This document shows positions 60,401-64,000 of a stretch of DNA of 64,000 nucleotides, piece after piece. The DNA comes from Sphyrna mokarran. Its lineage: Eukaryota. Where the stretch lies: NCBI GenBank assembly GCA_024679065.1, contig JAGIQG010000034.1:13516001-13580000 (forward strand). Reading direction: 5' to 3'. The notes beneath the pieces were generated by a model. It was given only the letters and a program-made list of their open reading frames with translations, did not search any database and was not told where the DNA came from. Positions within the stretch are counted from its first letter, which is position 1. Each line of letters begins with the position of its first letter. Made by a program: the position numbers and the translations under genes.

Positions 60401-62784
60401 GATCTAGATTCCACCAAGAATGAAAACATCTTCACTGCATCTACTCTGCTGTACCTCCCCAGAATGTTTCAGTAAGATTATCTCTCATCTCCAATGAGTA
60501 CAGACCCAAATGACTCACCCTCTCCTCATTAGACAACACCCCTTCAACCCAGGGATCAACATTGTGAATCTTTTCTGAACAGCCTCCAATGCACTGGGGG
60601 GCATCTTTCCTTAAGTAAGGAGTTCGGCAGTCTTGGCAATGCTTGATGCAGCTGTAACAAGATTCCCTACTTTATATTCCAGTCCCCTTGCAATAAATGC
60701 CGACAATCCATTTTCTATAATGGATTTCATAATCTATAATTTGTGTATCTGCATGGTAACATTTGTGATTCACGTGTAAGGGCATCCAGATTCTTCTGTA
60801 CATTCTGTCTCCATTTGAATAAAATTTCTCTATTAAATTCATAGAGGTTTACAGTACAGAAACAGGCACTTTGGTCCAACTTGTCCATGCATCCTTTGTT
60901 TTTAATCCCTAAGCTAGTCCCAATTTCCCGTATTTGGTCCACATCCCTCTATAGCTAACTTACGCATGTAACTGTCTAAATGCTTTTTAGAAGACAATTG
61001 TACACGGCTCCACTACTACCCCAGCAGCTTATTCCAAACATTCACCACCTCTGTGTGAAAAAATTTGCCCCTCTGGACCCTTTTCTACCTCTTCCCTCTT
61101 CCCTCTCACCTTAAACCTATGCCCTCTAGTTTTAGACTCCCCTACCTTTGGGAAAAGACATTGACTAATCTAGCTAATTTATGCCCCTCATTATTTTATA
61201 GACCTCTATAAAATCACCCCTCAGTCTCCTACGCTCCAGAGAAAAAAGTCTGTCTGTTCAGCCTCTCCTACAACTCAAACCATCAATCCCATGTGGTACA
61301 AACTATATGTGGTACCTTCTCAAAGGCCTTGCTAAAGTCCATGTAGACAACATCAACTGCAGTGTCCTTATCTACCTTCTTGGTTACCAATCAAATTTGT
61401 AGACATGCTGTCTGTCCCTAATCAGTCCTTGCCTCTCTAAATACCCATAGATTCTTTCTCTCAAATACTTCTGAATAACTTTCCCTCTACAGATGTGAGG
61501 CTCACTGGCCTGTAGTTCCCAGACCTCTCCCTTTTTAAATAAAGGCACAACATTTGCCACCTTCCAATGTTCAATGTTCCTCACCTGTGGCTGTCAATGT
61601 TTCAAATATCTGTGCTAGGGAAACTGCAGTTTCCTCCCTAGCCTCCCACAATGTCCTGGGATACACTTCATCGGGTCCCAGGGATTTATCTACCATGGTG
61701 CCCTTTAAGATTTCCAGCACCACTCCTATGTTACATGAACTTTCCTCAAGGCATCACTGTTTATTTCCCCAAATTCCCTAACACCCATGTCTTTCTCAAC
61801 AGTAAATACTGAAGAGAAATATTCATTTAAAATCTCATCCATCTCTTGTAGATGCATACATAGATGACCTTGTTGATCCTTGAGAGGCCCTCCTCTCTCC
61901 CTTGTTACTTTTTCATCCCAACAAAGTGGACAACGTCACATTTTCTCACGTCATGCTCCACCTGCCAAGTTTTTGTCCATTTGCTCAATCTGTATCCCTT
62001 TGCAGATTCTTTGTGACACCCTTGCAAACATTCCCTGGCACACTTCACTGGGGACTGACCAATTGGGTGAGAAGGAATGCTGGCAGCCCCTGAAGGTGTT
62101 GTACGGAGAGATTTGTTTTGGCAGTGGGCAATTGGTATTGATAAAACTGAATATTTAAGACTCTGTCCTTGATTTCTGCTTTTCCTTTTTGCATCCCAGC
62201 CAGTTTGCAATCTTCCTTTTTACCTGTTTGCATGTTTTATTTGATGATTTGGCTGAAAGGAGGAGTTTATTTACCTGAGAGGGAGCCTTTACCTACAGTC
62301 CATTGAGAAGGAATAAAGTTACGATTTGCACATGGCAAGTTGGAGGAGGTGAAGAATTGTGTCAGCGGCAACCCTGAGTAAATGAAAGTGGGTATTTCGC
62401 CACTACCTGGGTCAATTGCATAGCAGGGATGGGTTATGAGCAAAGAGCCAAACCAATTACCAACAGTCTACCTAAATCTTCAAACCTAACCCTTTGCAAA
62501 TCAGACGGTCAGTCCTTTTAAAGGTTGCCACTGGAGAAATCTTTATAATTTAGAAAATCAAAGAAAAGTTTAAAATCTGCGCTGTTAACAATAAATGTAC
62601 ATACATCAATCTTTTACTGGAAAATTTGTAATATATGAAACAAATGCAGTTTTGCCATTGTGTTTATGGTGCGTGTGAACGTTAAGTAGTGTTCTTAGGC
62701 ATCTTCTTGTTTGTTCCAGGGTGGATATGCAGCGTACAGGTATGCACAGCCAGCAACTGCTACTGCCACTGCTTACAGTGACAG
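9173..62784 (+). CDS. RBFOX2: RNA-binding Fox-1 homolog (RBFOX2-like), partial multi-exon gene spanning the window
   Basis: AG/GT-bounded exons with compatible phases splice to [16 protein letters not shown]...[109 protein letters not shown]...[35 protein letters not shown]. The family is unambiguous. Residues MVQP, IPTEY, KKMV-PYANGWKLSP, GADLY and AQPATATA favour RBFOX2 over RBFOX1/3. Confidence 0.9.
10185..11265 (+). mobile_element. Decayed CR1 LINE 3' portion
   Basis: ORF-track peptide [17 protein letters not shown] matches the CR1 ORF2 C-terminal motif. Confidence 0.7.
10902..11064. mobile_element. Possible hAT-type MITE nested in CR1
   Basis: Imperfect TIRs CAGTGTTCC / GGAACATTA interrupt otherwise contiguous CR1 sequence; TSD degraded. 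Confidence 0.4.
11330..11670 (+). mobile_element. tRNA-headed SINE, second family
   Basis: tggcatagtggta...ggattcgaatc head; tail ggataggcaacaaatgctggcccagccag..cacatcccatgaa shared with LINE ends at 17965 and 34540. Confidence 0.65.
12333..12371 (-). ncRNA. Minimal type I hammerhead ribozyme-like motif in a Penelope-derived repeat
   Basis: Minus strand reads CAGTT-CTGATGA-A-AGGTC-TTT-GACCT-GAAA-TGTC-AACTG: stem I, core, stem II, GAAA and a GUC site. Confidence 0.55.
14745..16410 (+). mobile_element. CR1 (HER1-like) LINE ORF2 RT remnant with nested SINE
   Basis: [32 protein letters not shown] (gatttcagcaaagcctttgataaggtc) and KFVDDTK motifs; contains stops and frameshifts. Confidence 0.9.
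15595..15905 (-). mobile_element. HE1-like V-SINE (tail type A) inserted in CR1
   Basis: Head plus V-domain, tail gtaaacctacttgtgatactaataaa on the minus strand. Confidence 0.85.
16940..17240 (-). mobile_element. HE1-like V-SINE (tail type A)
   Basis: Near full length; similar to the 15595 and 34825 copies. Confidence 0.85.
17469..17612 (+). CDS. RBFOX2: RBFOX2 exon, 144 nt (141 nt from the second AG), start of RRM including RNP2
   Basis: tttttCAG|CAG|aca...tttggg|GTAAGG; encodes [48 protein letters not shown]. Confidence 0.97.
17965..18345 (-). mobile_element. LINE 3' end sharing its tail with the SINE at 11330
   Basis: ttcatgggatgtgggtgtc...gcatttattgctcat...ttccaagattttgacccagc; homologous to 34540-34715. 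Confidence 0.55.
18345..18810 (+). mobile_element. CR1 3' fragment
   Basis: aggaaggatgtgaagg...aggttaaggggaaatttgata motifs. Confidence 0.6.
19240..21590 (+). mobile_element. L2-like LINE remnant interrupted by CR1
   Basis: RT-like aacctgtcagcaacctttgatgcagttgat near 19410 and an L2-type tail tgtgaagcac...aaaggcgctatataaat near 21525-21572. Confidence 0.7.
19855..21180 (+). mobile_element. CR1 LINE RT remnant nested in L2
   Basis: ORF-track peptide [26 protein letters not shown]...WIENW. Confidence 0.85.
23443..23540 (+). promoter_or_regulatory. Intronic cluster of three TGCATG
   Basis: TGCATG at 23443, 23517 and 23535, in sequence not recognised as repeat. Confidence 0.55.
24173..24226 (+). 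CDS. RBFOX2: RBFOX2 exon, 54 nt, RRM (missed by the ORF track)
   Basis: TACTAAC at 24143-24149, then a pyrimidine tract, ccgcAG|caattt...tccaag|GTAAGC; encodes [18 protein letters not shown]. Confidence 0.97.
25640..26003. repeat. Interleaved inverted repeat A-B-A'-B'
   Basis: 25640-25779 is the reverse complement of 25819-25954 (perfect 32-bp core). The spacer 25780-25815 is the reverse complement of 25968-26003 (perfect 23-bp core). Confidence 0.95.
28295..28510 (+). mobile_element. 5'-truncated HE1-like V-SINE (CR1-type tail B)
   Basis: cagtccaaaatgtgtaagttagatggatcggccattgctaaactgcccc...cactgtagggattctatg. Confidence 0.75.
30170..30990 (+). mobile_element. Penelope-like retroelement remnant (GIY-YIG endonuclease end) with inverted terminal copy
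   Basis: Peptides [24 protein letters not shown] and [21 protein letters not shown] resemble the PLE C-terminus; CTGATGA motif at 30935 with an inverted homolog at about 30181-30220. Confidence 0.7.
32245..32460 (-). mobile_element. DeuSINE-like 3' half
   Basis: aaagaaagaactt..tttatagtgtcttt..catctcaaaagcattaaacagccaa..tgcacagcaagatc..tgattgaggga. Confidence 0.55.
32460..34530 (-). mobile_element. Long decayed CR1 LINE
   Basis: Minus-strand peptide [22 protein letters not shown] and other ORF2 remnants. Confidence 0.7.
34540..34715 (+). mobile_element. LINE 3' end, same family as 17965
   Basis: ctgggtcaaaattctggaa...gggcaattaagggtg...gcgatgctcacatcccatgaa. Confidence 0.55.
34825..35105 (-). 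mobile_element. HE1-like V-SINE (tail type A)
   Basis: Clear similarity to 16940-17240. Confidence 0.85.
35845..36035 (-). mobile_element. tRNA-headed SINE, third family
   Basis: Minus strand ggtttagctcagttggttgga...ggttcaattccc head; tail ggactatggtgacttta. Confidence 0.55.
38550..38752 (+). promoter_or_regulatory. RBFOX-binding (U)GCAUG cluster around the 93-nt RRM exon
   Basis: TGCATG at 38550, 38616 and 38747 (overlapping the donor GT); GCATG at 38645, one base before the acceptor AG. Confidence 0.9.
38653..38745 (+). CDS. RBFOX2: RBFOX2 93-nt cassette exon, second half of RRM (RNP1)
   Basis: gcatgcAG|ggattc...atagag|GTGCAT; encodes [31 protein letters not shown]. Confidence 0.97.
41827..42175 (-). 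mobile_element. Relatively young CR1 3' end
   Basis: Peptide [10 protein letters not shown]...[15 protein letters not shown] and an (atagaac)-type terminal repeat. Confidence 0.9.
43232..43292 (+). CDS. RBFOX2: RBFOX2 exon, 61 nt, end of RRM
   Basis: tctcAG|gtaaac...aatg|GTAATT; encodes [20 protein letters not shown](G). Confidence 0.96.
43745..43932 (+). mobile_element. 5'-truncated HE1-like V-SINE (tail type A)
   Basis: ggtttcctccgagtgctccagtttcctcccacagt...ttttcacagtaacttcattgcagtgttaatg...aataaa. Confidence 0.8.
44088..44410 (+). mobile_element. HE1-like V-SINE, full length (CR1-type tail B)
   Basis: ggtggcacagtgggtagcactgctgcctcac...gggccgaatggc...tctatga. Confidence 0.85.
44560..45040 (-). 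mobile_element. CR1 3' fragment
   Basis: Reverse complement of CR1 ORF2 end and UTR motifs. Confidence 0.6.
45783..46098 (-). mobile_element. HE1-like V-SINE (tail B)
   Basis: atcatagaaatcctacagtgca...ggaaacccatgcag...cagtgacccaag...actgtgctaccgtg. Confidence 0.85.
46860..46992 (+). mobile_element. Short Penelope-like terminal repeat
   Basis: Homologous to 3475-3614. Confidence 0.65.
47695..48190 (-). mobile_element. Young CR1 3' end
   Basis: Closely similar over about 450 bp to 60838-61290. Confidence 0.85.
49676..49729 (+). CDS. RBFOX2: RBFOX2 exon, 54 nt
   Basis: ttgcAG|gctgg...gcag|GTAAAT; encodes (G)[17 protein letters not shown]. Confidence 0.96.
50434..50508 (+). CDS. RBFOX2: Putative divergent in-frame cassette exon, 75 nt, phase 1/1
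   Basis: attttcAG|gtcct...aatg|GTAAGA; open in the required frame ([25 protein letters not shown]); occupies the slot of the variable exon in mammalian RBFOX1/2. Confidence 0.6.
51720..51906 (+). mobile_element. Rex1/Babar-like LINE 3' end
   Basis: tttttcactgtatctcaatacatgcgacaataataaatcaaatc tail; family assignment from recall. Confidence 0.4.
51991..52123 (+). CDS. RBFOX2: RBFOX2 exon, 133 nt, Ala/RG-rich region
   Basis: ccgtAG|ttcct...ggagg|GTAAGC; encodes (V)[43 protein letters not shown](G). Confidence 0.96.
53086..53430 (-). mobile_element. HE1-like V-SINE (tail B)
   Basis: Similar to the copies at 1 and 45783. Confidence 0.85.
54040..54365 (+). repeat. Imperfect (CA)n tracts flanking an internally deleted V-SINE (54095-54255, tail A)
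   Basis: cacacaca tracts at about 54045-54093 and 54268-54365 around gtctgtgtggagtctgcatgttctctcc...gtaacttcattg. Confidence 0.75.
56323..56362 (+). CDS. RBFOX2: RBFOX2 mutually exclusive exon B40 (40 nt, brain/non-muscle type)
   Basis: ctgcAG|tgtg...ctat|GTAAGT; encodes (G)[13 protein letters not shown]. Confidence 0.95.
57157..57199 (+). CDS. RBFOX2: RBFOX2 mutually exclusive exon M43 (43 nt, muscle type)
   Basis: ttatAG|aata...gcag|GTATGA; encodes (G)[14 protein letters not shown]; same phases as B40 and similar to mammalian M43 peptides. Confidence 0.92.
57260..57384 (+). promoter_or_regulatory. ACUAAY (QKI/STAR-type) cluster downstream of M43
   Basis: TACTAAC at 57260, ACTAAT at 57333 and ACTAAT at 57379. 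Confidence 0.6.
60125..62010 (-). mobile_element. Nested CR1 cluster (young copy 60838-61905 inside an older CR1)
   Basis: Peptide [13 protein letters not shown]...[12 protein letters not shown]; 3' end matches the 47695 copy; older CR1 sequence on both sides. Confidence 0.8.
62720..62784 (+). CDS. RBFOX2: RBFOX2 exon, 65 nt, Tyr/Ala-rich C-terminal domain
   Basis: ttccAG|ggtgga...gacag|GTAAGA; encodes [21 protein letters not shown]. Confidence 0.96.
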
Positions 62785-64000
62785 GTAAGATCCAGGCCTA
62801 CCATCTCGCACTCTCTTTCATCTCTGCTTTTACAGTGTTCATTGTAGCATAAAGGATTCTTTCATTGCCATGGTGAGCTCTCTTTATGGGGTGATCTCAC
62901 CCCATGCTGCTGCTCCAACCTATGTTTGTGCATGATGGACTTTGTCTGCTCAGGAGCCTTCGATGAAACGCATCATTTCTGAGACTGACTTATCGAAGAT
63001 TGTTGTAATATAGGCTTCATTGCTAGGAGTACTTTGTATGGATTATCCATCAGAGAGTGAAACACCAACACTGCACATTAACTTGGAGACAGTATCATTC
63101 TCCATCCTCCACACACACACCAGAATGAAATGATTGTTAGATCGAAACAAGAAAAATCAGGAAGAACAAAAATGCGTTTAAAATGATATTTCTCTTAACA
63201 GTTTCTGACAGATTTCTGCCATAGTTCCTCTGCCAAAAAAACTGATGGTGCACTGGAATGTTTTCATAGGCAGCACTGCCTTTCTTGAGGAATCATTATT
63301 CATGTAAAAGACATTCCTGTTTTATTAAGAGTGACCTGTGATAGAGCCTCTTTAATGAGTAAGTTAAAAAGAAGTTTGAACATTATAAAGTCATCTAGAA
63401 ATAGGCTCAGCCTCAGGCCAAGCAGATGGAATCATCTACTTGTTTAATTCTGTTATTTCTCATCCACATGCTGCCCCTTGCCGCTATCATCTGAAAGTAC
63501 AGCATTAATTTTTACACACTCTATGAGAACACAGCTCTTCACCACCACCACCTCTCTCAATTCCTTCATTGTTGCTAAATATCGGACATCTAATACTGGA
63601 TATTGGGGAGACTGAAGCCATTGGTTGCGGTCCATTTTCTAGACTCTCTTTTCTGACTATCTGTTCCATCCCTTTTCCATAGCAACCGTCTGAGGGTGAA
63701 CCGGTGTCTGCATCTCCAGCCCTGAGATTAACTTACCTTTTAATCACCTAAGGCGATCTATTGCCACCTTTGTTTCATTGCTAAACTTTCTCAACTCATC
63801 TGCTGTCGAATCCTCATTCCTGTCTTGTTTTGTTTAGTCTTGAACTGTTCTAGTGCACTCCTTCTGGTCTCCCACACTCTGACCTCCATAAGTTTTAGGT
63901 CATCTGAAACTTTGATAGATCCAAAGATAGGGAGGGATGAGGTCACAGAGGGATTTGAAAATCAAGGTGTTGCCTGGCTGTGAATCAGTGTGGGTCAGTG

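Noticed and set aside
62737-62745. Internal donor-like CAG|GTATGC inside the 65-nt exon
   Set aside because: Explained by codons for YRYA; the downstream CAG|GTAAGA gives the conserved exon end.
1-64000. CRISPR array, operon or other prokaryotic/viral system
   Set aside because: No regularly spaced direct repeats and no long ORFs; the sequence is spliceosomal-intron-rich vertebrate DNA.

Overview
AT-rich, repeat-dense vertebrate genomic DNA, most likely from a shark or other elasmobranch (inferred from HE1-like V-SINEs, DeuSINE-like, CR1, L2 and Penelope remnants). The window is the interior of one + strand gene for an RBFOX splicing regulator; RBFOX2 is the best paralog match. I spliced ten canonical exons by eye (9173-62784): the N-terminal region, the complete RRM, both mutually exclusive B40 and M43 exons, and part of the Ala/Tyr-rich C-terminus. 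A divergent 75-nt in-frame cassette exon is also likely. The first exon(s) and last coding exons were not found here. The most notable signals are: (1) UGCAUG elements built into both splice sites of the 93-nt RRM exon, plus up to three candidate stop-containing (poison) exons; (2) a QKI-type ACUAAY cluster after M43; (3) a repeat-free CpG-rich element with a candidate frameshifting exon; (4) a 364-bp interleaved A-B-A'-B' inverted repeat; and (5) Penelope-derived minimal hammerhead ribozyme motifs, one nearly intact. No prokaryotic or CRISPR system is present. Exon coordinates were counted exactly. Repeat boundaries are approximate, and family names come from recall of consensus sequences, not from a database search.
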